Assembly: GCA_951406725.2 (NCBI GenBank)
Contig: OX597822.1
Location: 45,632,001 to 45,696,000 of the forward strand
From: Octopus vulgaris
Taxonomy: Eukaryota
Direction of reading: 5' to 3'
Length of the DNA stretch: 64,000 nt
Shown: positions 1-13,019 of the stretch, piece by piece
Position numbering within the stretch: position 1 is the first letter of the stretch
Layout: the number at the start of each line of letters is the position of its first letter
Notes under the pieces: model-generated
What the model was told of the DNA's origin: nothing
The model's input: the letters and a program-made list of their open reading frames with translations, nothing else
Databases searched by the model: none
Made by a program: the position numbers and the translations under genes

Positions 1-60
1 TACATACATTTATAACCAGTAAAAAAATATATATATAAAACTAATTTTATGTGTGCGTGC

Positions 61-115
<55 letters not shown>

Positions 116-559
116 ACTAGTAAAAGTCTATGTAGTACATCCTTTCGTACTTTTATGCTACAATATTTGGTAGGGAAGGAGGTGGAGAGCTATCCTCTTT
201 CTCCCCCCCTCTCTCTCTCTCTCTCCTCTTTATACACAATGACTGTTTCCAATACTCACTTAATATCCACAACCTCCACTTACTCTTTACGTCTTTAACT
301 TCACTTCCTCCTCCTCCACCTCCCCTTCCTCTTCTCCCTCAAACAACCATGGGCCATCAAATAATACATCTCCCCTATGTTCGCGACAACCGATTACTGT
401 TAGCACTTACTTGTGTCTATATTAACAATAATTATAACATCAATACCGTTACGCTGCAACAGTTTTGGTGCTGCAACAGGTCTACTTTCGTTTCCTGTCG
501 TGTTACAACCTGGGTTCTAGGATAAGAAGCATTCTTGTGCTCTCCCCGATTAAGGTCCT

Positions 560-1530
560 TACATAATATTTATGTCTGTCCTAACTTTGTATCGAAGTCT
601 TGAAGTTCCTCTTGTAGATGTCTCCAGTCATCCTGGTTGTGAGCATTGTCACCCGCATCTTCTTAGGTGATGCTACGTTGCTTCAGATCTTCATTGAATG
701 TGACACACCATGTCGCCTTGGGTCTCCCTCTATTCCTGCATTTCACTGATGCTACCCAGTGTAAAGGCCTGTAGATGTCTCCAGTCATCCTGGTTGTGAG
801 CATTGTCACCCGCATCTTCTTAGGTGATGCTACGTTGCTTCAGATCTTCATTGAATGTGACACACCATGTCGCCTTGGGTCTCCCTCTATTCCTGTATTC
901 CACTAATGCCACCCAGTGTAAAGCTGCCTTGCATAATCAACCAGTCGAAAAACATGACCTGCAGGTCTCACTCTCCACCACGATCTCCTACGGGTTGCGC
1001 GGATTGCCTCTTCTCTGAGCTTCAGAGTCTGTGATTCTGTTACTGTAGGTAATCTTGAGTATTCTGCATAAACACAGTTGGTGGAATGCATTCAACCTCT
1101 GAATGACCTTGGCTGTCATTTCCCATGTTTTTCCTGTTGGCGGGACAATGCTCTGGTACTGCAGGATCTTCATACGGTTGTTAATCGAAAACTTACAGGC
1201 TAATTCCGGTTTATCTAAGTTCTCTGTGCAACTCTCACACTTACGATTATCCAAATGCCCAATTTTTACTCTCAAATTCTTCGTCACACCTCCCAACGCA
1301 CCACTTAGCATTGGCAAGAACATTATTGTGTCAACTTCACTGCAGCCTTTCAGAACTTCGTGCTTCAATATTCTAGCTGTTCTTGTCTTCAGCAACATCC
1401 TCCTTATTTTACTCAATTTATTTTTCTTCGGTGTGTATGAAAGCATTTCAGTAACACTTCACCACATCGTTCTCAAGAACGTTTATTTCTGTTCCCACAA
1501 TTTGACCATAGCTTTTAGATAAACACCAGT
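560..1530 (-). mobile_element. Degenerate RTE-clade LINE 3' fragment with an internal 157-bp tandem duplication (613-766 / 770-923)
   Basis: Minus-strand remnants LNAFHQLCLCRILKI...RNRGRPKATW...DDWR typical of the RTE C-terminus; stops and frameshifts. Confidence 0.7.
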
Positions 1531-1592
1531 GAATTATTGCAGCAATTTTATCTTCACTTCCCCCCACCCCGGTGCCTTGTTGTACCAATAGC

Positions 1593-1854
1593 ATTAATAA
1601 AATAGGAGATGGAATGTGTAATAAACTTTATTGGATACAACACGTTTCGACCCGTTCTGGGTCTCTTCAGGTACATCAATAAAAAGTCCCACTAAAGATC
1701 TTGAGTTGGCTTACGTACTGCTATATATATCCATCAAATTCGAGAATCTCTAGTGAGACTTTTTATTGATGTACCTGAAGAAACCCAGAACGTGTCGAAA
1801 CATGTGTTGTACCCAATAAAGTCTATTACACATTCCATCTCCTATTTTATTAAT
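1593..1854. repeat. Fold-back palindrome (about 110-bp arms) carrying a minimal hammerhead in each arm; Penelope pLTR-like
   Basis: 1593-1704 is the reverse complement of about 1742-1854. Confidence 0.85.
1635..1674 (-). ncRNA. Minimal type I hammerhead ribozyme motif
   Basis: gtac CTGAAGA gaccc agaac gggtc GAAA cgtg TT gtat: core boxes, 5-bp stem II, short stem III, GUU site. Confidence 0.7.
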
Positions 1855-2448
1855 ACTGTTACCCCAACCGCCACTACGAAGTTCCTGCAATAAATCTACG
1901 GATAACAACAGGTAATCGAAACTGTGCCGATGCTTTACTCATAATCTATTTATACATTTTGTAAAATTCCTCCATTTTATGCATGTGTGTGCGTGAACAT
2001 ACACACGCGCACACATAAAACTGGTTTTTAAAATATATTCTTTTAAGATAACTGTAGACATTCTGACACAATAAAAGCTCTAGTCTCATCTGTGTCGTCA
2101 CTCGTTCTATATTTGGATGGAAAATTCTTTTGATCTCTCATTCTCTTTGTCCATTTCACTCTCAGAACCTGTCTCTGCGCTGATAAAAGCAATTTCGCGA
2201 TCTCTTTCTTCAACACGTATTTCTTTAAAGATAATCAACCATTTTGGCTCCACCTATCTGGCGTCGTTGGTTCGACGCGGACTTAGTTGTTTTTAGGTAT
2301 TTTATTGGTTCTCTCATTCTGTCCCTCGCTCCCCACTTCTGCGTTTGTGTGTGTGTGTATGTGTGCGCGCGCGCGCGTGTGTGTGTGTGTGCGTGAAAAT
2401 GGGAAAAGTGTTTGTGTCACTCGTGTTCAATTAATAAATTATAACCTG

Positions 2449-2531
<83 letters not shown>

Positions 2532-2914
2532 GTGTGTTTACCAGTAGCCAAAACAAGCTGAATGTTCAGATAACCGCACCAAATCGTCAACGTCCAAACA
2601 GCTGCGCCCGATCGTCTCATTCCGCTACTTTAACCAATACCAACGTCGTTATCTCTCTTTCATCTCGTTTGTAAAAATTTTGACTCGAACTTTTTGCCTT
2701 CAATTTTTGACTTCATTTTTCCCCACACATTCCTATTTTTTGTTTGTTTTGTTTTCCTGCTGATTTATTTTTTTCCTTTGGACCCTAAACAACTTTTTAA
2801 ATAACCCTTCACTTATAACCCTTCACTTACCATCACCTAAAGATCCTCTTCCTCTCCAAAAAAGAATCCCGGATTTGTTTTCTCTAATTCTTCAACATTT
2901 CTAACACCCTTTAC

Positions 2915-3377
2915 CAGTAGCGGACTGACCAGTTTGTCAGCTTTCTCGATGGCAAGTGGGCCCCTGCGTTATTAGAATCCATATATGGGGACTCATGTTA
3001 ATATCTAAGGGGCCCATCCCCTCAAGTTTGAGAATTTTTTTATTCACTCTTGGAAGAATGCATAAATTACTCCAGCCTAGCTGTGTTTGTAGACAGTTGA
3101 AAAGAATATTTTTAACAAAAAAATTAAATGATAGCATTGTAGCTGCGGGTGGCCCCCCTTGTAGTTGCGGTTGATCCCCCTTGTAGTTGCGGATGGGCTC
3201 CCTTATAGCTGCCTGTTGGCTCCCTTGTAGTTGCGGGTGGGCTCTCTTGTAGCTGCGGGTGGGCCCCCTTGTAGTTGCGGGTGGGCCCCCTTGTAGTTGC
3301 GGGTGGGCCCTCTTGTAGTTGCGGGTGGGCCCCCTTAGTCGCCTGGTAACCAATATTTTAGACCCAGTCCGCCACTG
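2915..3377. mobile_element. Non-autonomous hAT-type element containing a 22-bp minisatellite (ttgtagttgcgggtgggccccc, about 9 units, 3138-3345)
   Basis: TIRs cagtagcggactg / cagtccgccactg; 8-bp TSD ccctttac / cccattac (1 mismatch). Confidence 0.8.
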
Positions 3378-3684
3378 CCCATTACCTCCATTTTCGTTCT
3401 ATTCCTTTCCAGGATAACTGGTTCACTTCTGAGTGGGGAGGCACGCTTCTCTGTAAGTGGCATCTTTATCTTTTTGCTGATATCGTTTCATTCACCCTTC
3501 CTCCACGCATTGGTTCCTCCTCATCACTTTATTATTGATACTGTCCTCGAGTTCTCATTGCTTGTATAATATTTCTGGCATACCGAATGAGATTTTTTAC
3601 TGTTAACTCTATGGAAATAACCTTTACTGAGCAAGTCTTTCATTCTGTATTTTGAATGTTATCTTTTCCAGTATTCCTCTGTGT

Positions 3685-3764
<80 letters not shown>

Positions 3765-3891
3765 TTTCAAATCCTGCCGAGCTCAGCTTTATTGACGCCG
3801 TTCAAGTACTGGAATCAATTTAATCGAATAACCTCTACACCACACTCAAGATTAACCTAGTTTGCGTTGGTTTTATGCCTAAAATAGAAAC

Positions 3892-3892
<1 letters not shown>

Positions 3893-3933
<41 letters not shown>

Positions 3934-4083
3934 CGTCTTTCAGTTTTGTCTCTATTTCTTGTCGAGTGTCTTCCCAACACCCAAGGCAAAGAAACTCACT
4001 GTATACAGTGGTAGGCCATTAAAATAAACACACCAGATTGTTCATTTTCAAAGTCATGAGATAGGAAAAAAAGGAAGGAAGGA

Positions 4084-4139
<56 letters not shown>

Positions 4140-4769
4140 AGAAAGAAATCAGGAAATAAAGGGGAAAAAGGAAACAAAATACACAGTGACAATGTTCTTC
4201 TCAGTACGTGTGACGTACCAGTTAAAACAATCTTTTTCACTTCTGGCATAGATGGTAAGCCAGGGATCATTCTCAAATAATCTTCAGTTCCTTTTTTGAT
4301 CATTCCAAGTGATCCTATAATAATTGGTACTGTAACCGTCTTGTGATACCACATCTTTTCGATTAGCAAATCTTTATATTTTCTGAGCTTATCAAATTCT
4401 TTTGCCGATATATTATGATCCCAAGGTATGCTCATGCCAATCAATAAACAGACTTTATTTGTTTTGGTCTTTTACAACAATATCTGGTTTATTAGCTTTG
4501 ATGGCCTAGTCTGAATGTATTGGAAAGTCCCAAAGAATCGTTACATTTTCTCCCTCGGTTTCAACCTCAGAATGGTGCTTGTACAATTTGACAGCAGTTT
4601 TGGTTTTATGATGCGGACACATTATTCAATGTATTAATTAGCCAACTCTGTCATGTCTTGATTTATTCTCTGGTGTGTTTATTTTAATGGCCTACCAATG
4701 TATACAGTGAGTTTCTTTGCCCTAGGTGTCGGGAAGACACTCGGCAAGAAATGGAAACAAAACTGAAAG

Positions 4770-4817
<48 letters not shown>

Positions 4818-5402
4818 GTTTCTATTTTAGGCGTAAAACCAGCACAAACTAGGTTAGTCTTGGGTTTGGTGAAGAAGTTATTCGATTAAATTGATCCCAG
4901 TACTTGATCGGTATCAATAAAGCTGAGCTCGGCAGGATTTGAAATTAGATAAATATGTATGTGTGTGTGTGTGTGTGTGTAGGAATACTGGAAAATGATA
5001 ATCGCTGTAGGGGCACTTAGGGTATATTCCATTTTTTATCACATTTGCTTGGTAGTTACAGGTCAATAGGCTCTGATCTTGAGCGACTAAGATAAAGCCT
5101 TCGCTTTCTGCTTTAGCCCTGAACTCCGTAGATATTGATGAGTGTGCTTCTGATCTATATCAGCTTGCTTGCTACGGCCATGTATTTGTTAAGCAGAGGT
5201 TTTTGTTCTCAACTATCAGCCAATTGTTCAAACATTTTTTGCTCTACCATTGATTTCACCTTATTCGTAGCAACAGTTTCCGCACTTCCATCATTCTGTT
5301 CAACATGAATATTATGCATGAACTCATTAGCAAATTGTTTGTTCTCCTTCAAGATAGAATGAAGCTTCTTACGTCTCTCGTGGTTTTCAACGAGTTTTAT
5401 TC
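3893..5402 (-). mobile_element. 5'-truncated R4/Dong-type LINE (RLE endonuclease) inserted in (AAT)n, interrupted by an inverted duplication at 4669-5000
   Basis: 5400-5000 reads ...SSGLK/ESEGFILVAQDQSLLTCNYQANVIKNGIYPKC; 4660-4190 reads RHDRVG...ILWDFPIHSD...NKPDIVV...FDKLRKYKDL...VPIIIGSLG; (AAT)n on both sides. Confidence 0.8.
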
Positions 5403-5434
5403 TTGCTATTATTATTATTATTATTATTATTATT

Positions 5435-5645
5435 GCGAACTGGCATAGTCGTTAGCTCGTCGAGCAAAATGCTTAGCGGCTTTTCGTCCCGTCTTTCCGT
5501 TCCCAGTTCAAATTCTGCCGAAGTCGACTTTGCATTTCATTCCTTCGGGATCGATAAAATAAGTACCAGTCAAGCACTGGAGTCGAAGTAATTGATTTAC
5601 CCCTGCCCCCGAAATCGCTGGCCTTGTGCCAAAATTTGAAACCAA
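5435..5645 (+). mobile_element. tRNA-derived SINE, family C. Other copies: 35325-35650 +, 47960-48165 -, 55440-56290 - (cluster), 61915-62440 +
   Basis: Recurrent sequence ctggcagaatcgttagc...gttcaaattccgccgaggtcgactttgcctttcatcctttcggggtcgataaa... with an AT-rich tail. Confidence 0.75.
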
Positions 5646-5673
5646 TATTATTATTGTTATTTGTTTATATATA

Positions 5674-5733
<60 letters not shown>

Positions 5734-5933
5734 GTATATGTATGTATAAATATAACATATAATATGTGTATATATATATATAACATAATGTATGTATGTA
5801 TGTATGTATGTGTGAGTGTATACGCGTATGTAAGTCTGTGTGCGTGTGTAAGTGCATGCTGCCCAAGGCATTCTTTATGCTATCAAACCTCAATATTTTC
5901 GTATTAAATGCCCTTGTGGTTGATAATAATGAA

Positions 5934-5964
<31 letters not shown>

Positions 5965-7006
5965 GTTGTTGAAGGTGGTGGTAGTGATGGTGGTGGTGGT
6001 GAGATTGGAATGAATGGAAGTTGATTATAAAGAGTATGGGTAGAGTAAATGGAAAGATTAAATTAAGCTTTCAGAGGTGAAGAGATGGTGGTAAGGGGCG
6101 AATATTAAAATCAATAGGATGGGAATATTTCAGCAAGGGGTGATAACTTGTATCGCCCTCTTTTGCTTTTGTTTTGCTCGTATATCAGTGATACCTTTTA
6201 TATTATGAAAGGCAGGCAGCATTTAAGTAAATCACCTCCTATTTATGGATGAGTTGAAACCGTTCACCAAGAATGAAACATCAAATAGGCTCTTTAATGT
6301 AAACAGGAGTTGGACTTAATGGGATGGAATCGGTGGAGTTTTAATAATGAAAATATGGAAGCTAATGGGATACAATTACGAAGATGAGGAAATCATAAAA
6401 TTAAGTAGACATAGAAGGTTATAAATATACTTATGTGCTATAGGGCTAGATTAGATAAAGTGAAATAACACGAAGGAACCTTTTAGAATGAAATACTTCT
6501 CGACGTTAAAATCGGTTCTTAAAATTAAGATAAATGGTAAAAACGAAAAAGAAAATGAATAATCTCGCATCAATAAACCCATGAATGATATTTCTTTTGA
6601 GATGTGGAGGCGGGGGATAATCCTAAACAAGAATGGAGAAATTTAGTTTCGTTAGGGGAAAAGAATCGAAATATAATGATCATTTATGAAACATTATGCT
6701 CTTAAAGTGATATTAACTTGATGCAAGTAACTGTGTATGTGTTGTTGTTGTTGTTGCTGCTGTCGTTAGCTTGTTTTCACTTTGATTCGGTTACCATTTT
6801 TAAACCGATTTCATTCCCATTTCATCTTTGCTTCATTGTAATTCAAGATTCGGAAGAATGGTAACGAAAAGGGATAAGCATCCTGTAAATGTTGATTCAT
6901 CTGAAAAAGAAAAAAAACTTGCGTGGCACCATGAGCAAGTTTCTTGTACTAGGCCGACCAAAGGTTTGTGAGTGAATTTAGCAGACAGAAACTGTCTGGA
7001 AGCCCA

Positions 7007-7051
<45 letters not shown>

Positions 7052-7254
7052 GGTGTGTGCGTGTCCCTCTGTCTGTCCCTCTGTCTGTATTTGTGTGTGT
7101 GTTTATGGGAGTAGTTTTTTTACAACCTACCGCCGCCAGACAACCGGTGTTAGATTGTTTATGTCCCCGTAACTTAGTGATTCGGCTATAGAAACTGATT
7201 GAATAAACATCAGATTTTTTTAAAAAAACAGAAAGATACTTAGCTCGATTTCAC

Positions 7255-7772
7255 AGTTCTATATTTGAGAGATGATGAATTATGTAAATTATTTACATTT
7301 GATGGATATTTGTCCTCATCTTGTTAGTTGTTAACACAACGTTTCGGCTGATATACCCTCCAGCCTTCATCAGGTGTCTTGGGGAAATTTCGAACCTGGG
7401 TTCTCATTCCTAAGGTATTTTTCGATGTTATTATTATTCAGGTCACTGCCTGGAATCGAACTCGGAATCTTGGGGTTAGTAGCCTGCGCTCTTAACCACT
7501 AGGCCATATCCCGTGGGCGTATGGCATAGTGGTTATGGCCCACGGGCATATGGCGTAGTGGTTAAGAGCGCGGACTACTAACCCTAAGATTCTGAGTTCG
7601 ATTCCAGGCAGTGACCTGAATAATAATGATAATAATAATCCCCATGTTCGAAATTTCCCCAAGGCACCTGATGAAGGCTGGAGGTTGTATCAGCCGAAAC
7701 GTTGTATTAATAACAAACAACATGAGGGCAAATATCCGTCAAATGTAAATAATATAAATAATGTAAATAATG
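7255..7772. mobile_element. Fold-back tRNA-head/(AAT)n/hammerhead element (Penelope pLTR-derived), copy 1, inserted in a SINE
   Basis: Inverted arms meet at the tRNA-like head; HHR at 7334-7377 (-) and 7664-7707 (+); TSD ttagctcgat on both sides. Confidence 0.85.
7544..7616 (+). promoter_or_regulatory. tRNA-like Pol III internal promoter (A box 7551-7561, B box 7594-7605)
   Basis: TGGCGTAGTGG...GAGTTCGATTCC at tRNA spacing; anticodon-like loop ctactaa; acceptor stem not paired, so not a functional tRNA. Confidence 0.75.
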
Positions 7773-8517
7773 TTAGCTCGATATGTTCGACTAAATCCGT
7801 CAAGATTATTCTCCAGCATGGCTGCAATCCAGTAACTTAAACAAGTAAAGAGAAAATGTGTGTGTGTGTGTGTGATAAAAAAAAACAGGCAGAGAAATTA
7901 TAGGAATTGTAAGTTGTGAAGAATGTATATGAAAGATACTTTATTGTGATGTGATAGAAACATTGTCGGCGTTTCGTTGTATAATATTTTGGAAAACAGA
8001 AATATGTAAGGAATGTTTTAGGATTGTATACATCTCCGAAATACAAGGATCATATTTTCTGAAGTCATTAATGTAAGCAGACATGTTTTGAACAATGGAC
8101 CTATTTTATATAGCAAATATCATCATTTAAATTCAAGATATATTTAGAGATTGGTGTGGTGTGGCATCTTACGTATCTAAATGTATGCATATGTTGTGCA
8201 AGTCTTTTAAAGGGAGTTTCAGTAAGCCCTATACAGTTATTTGTTTTTTCTATTATTTGCAAGAGAAAGACCTTAACTCGATAAGCTAGTGTTTGGTAAA
8301 GGTGTATGCCATCCAGTGGGCAAATATTAGGGAGGTTGAAGTTACAATATAAAATATGATAGTAACAGAAAGTATCTTGAAAACAAAAAAAAAAGACACA
8401 GAATGGTAAGAAAAATATAAATGGTGTTATTTATTGGGAGGTGGATAAATATGTGAATGCAAATAAAAAAAATAGACTTACGAGACTATGTAATTGTTAT
8501 TACTCTAAAATCTATCA

Positions 8518-9813
8518 GTTCTATATTTAAGAGATGAGGAATTATGTACATTATTTACATTTGACAGATATTTGTCCTCATCTTGTTTGTTGTTATACAA
8601 CGTTTCAGTTGATATACCCTCCAAGCCTTCATCAGGTGTCTTGGGGAAATTTCGAACCAGGGTTCTCATTCCTAAGGTATTTTTCGATGTTGTTGCTGCT
8701 GCTGTTATTGTTGTTCAGGTCACTACCTGGAATCGAAGACGGAATCTTGGGGTTAGTAGCCCGCGCTCTTAACCACTACACCATATGCTCATGAGCAATT
8801 ATGGAGTGAATTTTAGGGCTTATAAATCTAATATTCTCCTGTCCTCCCTTAATGCCGGTTCCCATATGCTGTTCATGTCGGCACTCAGTCTGCTTAGGAG
8901 GTTGTTGTGTCCTAGCATATGTGCTGCTTCTTTTAGTTTTCATATTTTCTAGTGGTGTTCTCTGTCTATTATTTTAAGCAACAACTACCCCAAAAGCATA
9001 CTATCCACTCCAATTATGAAGAAAAGAGGGGATGAAACCGATTAACTGTCCAGTCTGTCTACCCTATGTGAAAGGCCTCTCCGAAAAGAGACAAAATATA
9101 TACGGCCCATATGACATCAGGACAGTATTCAAGAGCAATACAACACTTCGCAAATATCTCATTCGAATAAAACCACCAATAGAAGAGAATATGACTAAGA
9201 ACTGCGTGTACTCCATCCCATGCATTTGTGGTAGGTTATACAAAGTTGAAACATGCCGTCCCTTCAAAATAAAGGTAGAGGAACATCGCAAAGCTGTGAC
9301 ACGGGGAGATATTGATAAATCGGGTATAGATAATCATGTGTGGAAAAATGGAAACCACCTCCCCCTGTGGGATGAAGTTAAAATAATAGACAGAGAACAC
9401 CACTGGAAAATATGAAAACTAAAAGAAGCAGCACATATGCTAGGACACAACAACCTCCTAAGCAGACTGAGTGCCGATATGAACAGCATATGGGAACCGG
9501 TATTAAGGAAGGACAGGAGAATATTAGATTTATAAGCACTAAAATTCACTCCATAATTGCTCATGAGCATATGGTGTAGTGGTTAAGAGCGCGGGCTACT
9601 AACCCCAAGATTCCAGACAGTGACCTGAATAATAATAATAATAATAATAATAACAACAACAACATCAACATCGAAAAATACCTTAGGAATGAGAACCCAG
9701 ATTCGAAATTTTCCCAAGACACCTGATGAAGGCTGGAGTGTATATCAGCCGAAACGTTGTGTTAACAACAAAGATGAGGACAAATATCCGTCAAATATAA
9801 ATAATGTAAATAA
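8518..9813 (+). mobile_element. 5'-truncated Poseidon-type Penelope element with inverted pLTR (copy 2 of the fold-back family); GIY-YIG remnant 9032-9540
   Basis: LPYVKGLSE...CVYSIPCICGRLYKVETCRPFKIKVEEHRK...HHWKI*KLKEAAHM; 8518-8975 is the inverse of about 9378-9813; TSD tctaaaatct(a/g)tca. Confidence 0.88.
9719..9762 (+). ncRNA. Minimal type I hammerhead ribozyme in Penelope pLTR
   Basis: acac CTGATGA a ggctg gagtgtatat cagcc GAAA cg TT gtgt; palindromic stem III AACGTT. Confidence 0.75.
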
Positions 9814-12800
9814 TCTAAAATCTGTCATCGCAGACCATATGTCTTTTCTAAAGTACTGGGTTTTGGGTTTTGTTTTGTTTTGTTTGTTTCGTTTTTTGTT
9901 GTTTTTTTTTTTGCCTTCTCTCGCAAGTAACAGCAATATGGAGGCATACTGAAAATTCGTTTAACAGTAAATTATCATAACATACGTATATATGCAGGCA
10001 CCTGGAAAGAAGCTTCATCGCCTCAATCTCTATTCAAATCAATCTGGAACTTACAGGATTATAGTATTAAGAATTAATGGTTCCAGAAAGTGTGATTCTT
10101 ATCCCTCGAGTAAATATAACATAATTCAATAAGAGATGGAAATTCGTAAAGTCTTGCAGACGCTTCCATCAATATTAGTAGAGAAGTTTCCAAATACCAA
10201 CTCACGAAAGTAGATTATTTTCCATATAGTAGGACAGGGTGGCCACATATTGAAGATAAATCATTTAGTTACTCATCAACATAAACTGCAATAGGTATAT
10301 TTCTTGTTTTCATGAGTTTTACACGTTGTGAAGGTATGAAAACATTACGTGGTTTTTTGCATAAGAACAGAAGAATGCATCATGTGTCCTGCATCTAGCA
10401 ATTGAAGACATGAATACGAGATACATTTTCTAACGGTTCGGGAGTCGCAACAAGTCAAATTTCGATAATTGATATTTTGATATTTGTAAATATTGTTTCT
10501 TATATATTTTCACGCTACTTCTCTTCAAATATATCAATAGTCGGCGACCTGAAATTCTAACAATTGAAGAAGCTTCAGCTTCTAATAAAATGCACAAATT
10601 CCATTTTGTACTTTTTACTTCGTTTCTAACCGCAGCGTACATCAGTCCACGCGTGTGGTGTATATCTCTGTGTGTGTGTGCATGTTGGGAAACCTATATG
10701 TATTTAAAGGTGTGACTTCCGTCCGCTGTGATTCTGGGATTGGCCGTTCAACTTTTCAATGAGACTGGTATTACATATCAAGCATTTATGTTTGTGTGTC
10801 TGTGTTGTCCCCCCACCCCCACCCCCAACATCGCTTCACAACCGATGCTGGTGTATTTACGTCCCTGTAACTTAGTGGTTCGGCAAAAGAGACCGATAGA
10901 ATAAGTACTAGGCTTACAAAGAATAAATCCTGGGGGGTCGACTTGCTCGACTAAAGGCGGTGCTCCAGCATGGCCGCAGTCAAATTACTGAAACAAGTAA
11001 AAGAGTATGCAAGCTCATTCAACGTTTGCATAAATGATAATAAAACAATAGTTTGTTCTAAAACGCGTTTATGACTGAAGTGTAGTATTTATTTTTCGGT
11101 CGCTTGTGCCGAACCGCTAACTTATGGGAACGTAAACAAACCACCACCGGTTGTCAAACGGCAGCGGGCAACAGCCACAAAGACACACACACACAAAGAT
11201 AGATAGATACATACATGCATACATACATGCATACATACATACATACATACATACATACATACATACGGGTTTCTTTCAGTTTCTGTCAACCAAATCCATT
11301 CTCAAGGCTTTGGTCGGCCCGAGACTATTGTAGAAGACACTTTCCTAAGGTGCCATGCAGTGGGATTGAACCCAGAACCACGTGCTTGGAAAGCTAACCT
11401 CTTTCGTCATAGCCACGCCTGCGCTTTAGAGATGTTTGCCTTGCCTTTGTACCTACATATAAACGTAATCTCTGACTTTCCGGTTTAATATTTAATACGT
11501 TTGCGTTAATAATGATTATATTTTTCGGCATTTGTGGTGTTGGCAGTGATGGAAGTGATTTTGTTGTTTCATTGTAGTGGTGTAGAAGTGGGGTGATGGA
11601 AATAGATAATGATTAAAATTATCAGTAATATGGCGAGAAAGGTGGTGGCGCTGGTGGTGGTTTGTGGTAGTGAAGAAAGTCAGAGGTGATTTAATGTTGT
11701 GGGGACGGCGGAGAAGAGAATTTAGCTGTGGGGGGGAAAGGATGAGGAGGTAGTGGAGTGGGAATGATGATTGGAATTGGTGATAGTAGTGGATATGAAG
11801 AGCTGCAGAAGGTATTTGGAAAGACAGGCGATTATGCAGGGGTCTGGTGGTAACAGCGGCGGTGGTGGGGTGGCTAGGTGTGGTTGGGAATAGGTGTGGT
11901 TAGGGATAGAGGTGGTGGTTGACAGTTCGAATCAATCAATCTACTTCCTCACAATTTTTCAAAAGGTGCCTGAGCGAGATGGAGCGGGGATTGGTGAAGA
12001 ATCGATCTCATGGATTGTTATTAATTAATGGGGTCTTTTAGGGTAGAGCAGGTGTAGGGTTTGTTGGAGTGGGACAAAAAGGAAAAGGGAGAAAGAAAAT
12101 GTTTGGAGAAAAATTTGAGGGAAAGTTTCTGTGTGGTGGGGGAGTTGAGATAATGACATTTCAAATAAGTGCAGGTGTGGGAGTGAAGTGGGGTTGGGGG
12201 GGGAGAACTCAGATTCCATCCTCATCACCATCATTATCATCATTGCAATTATTAATGACAATAACAAAACAGCAATAAGAAGAAACCGAAATGCCAGAAC
12301 TCAAGTCTACGTGTACGTATGAAAGCAAATATCTTTTAAACAATTTCAACTGCACACGAGGTAGCGTTTGATGAACATATTAAATAGATTTGTGACATTA
12401 GCATGAGATATTTTCTGCACGCTCGTGAGCGCGCGCGCGCGTGTGTGTGTGTGGTCTTACTGGCGAAACATAGCAGCCATAGTTACAGGTGTGTGCCCAA
12501 ATCAACAGCAGTTGCCAAGCAGTAGTGGGGACAAACAGACACAATGACACCTATACATACACAAGTGTGTGTGTGTGTGTGTGAGACGGGCTTCTTTCAG
12601 TTTCTGTCAACCAAATCTACTTACATGGGTTTGGTGGCCCGAGGCTATAGTAGAAGATACTTGCCCAAGGTGCCACGCGGTGGAAATGCATCCAAAATCA
12701 TGTCGGAGGAATTTCAACCGTGTTTCGTGGTCTGCTACCACAACAGCTCCTTTATAGGATCCAGTTAGCTCAAGACATCATCAGGAGGAACCACGTCCGG

Positions 12801-13019
12801 TTTCGGCCTCTAATCCTCTACCGTTTTGACGTTGCAGGCCCCCCCTCCCCTTCGGAGGTGTCTTCAGCTCTGGTGTTGGGTGCATGTCTTCTTTCTTCTT
12901 CTTTCTTCTGTTCCCTGACTTCTTCGCTGTAGCGTCAACGAGTGTCAGCGGGCGACTGACTGTCTTGTTAATTTTTTTCCTTTAAATACCTGCTGCTAGG
13001 CTCCAGCAGACAGCCCCAG

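Noticed and set aside
53-298. Low-complexity ORFs (YIYI, CVCV, LSLS, HTHT, poly-M/K/H) here and throughout the track
   Set aside because: Translations of (TA)n, (TG)n, (CT)n, (GAA)n and (GAT)n microsatellites, with no splice or domain support
7544-7616. Genuine tRNA-Ser(ACT) gene
   Set aside because: Acceptor stem does not pair, the long variable arm is absent, and it is embedded in a dispersed repeat; treated as a tRNA-derived head
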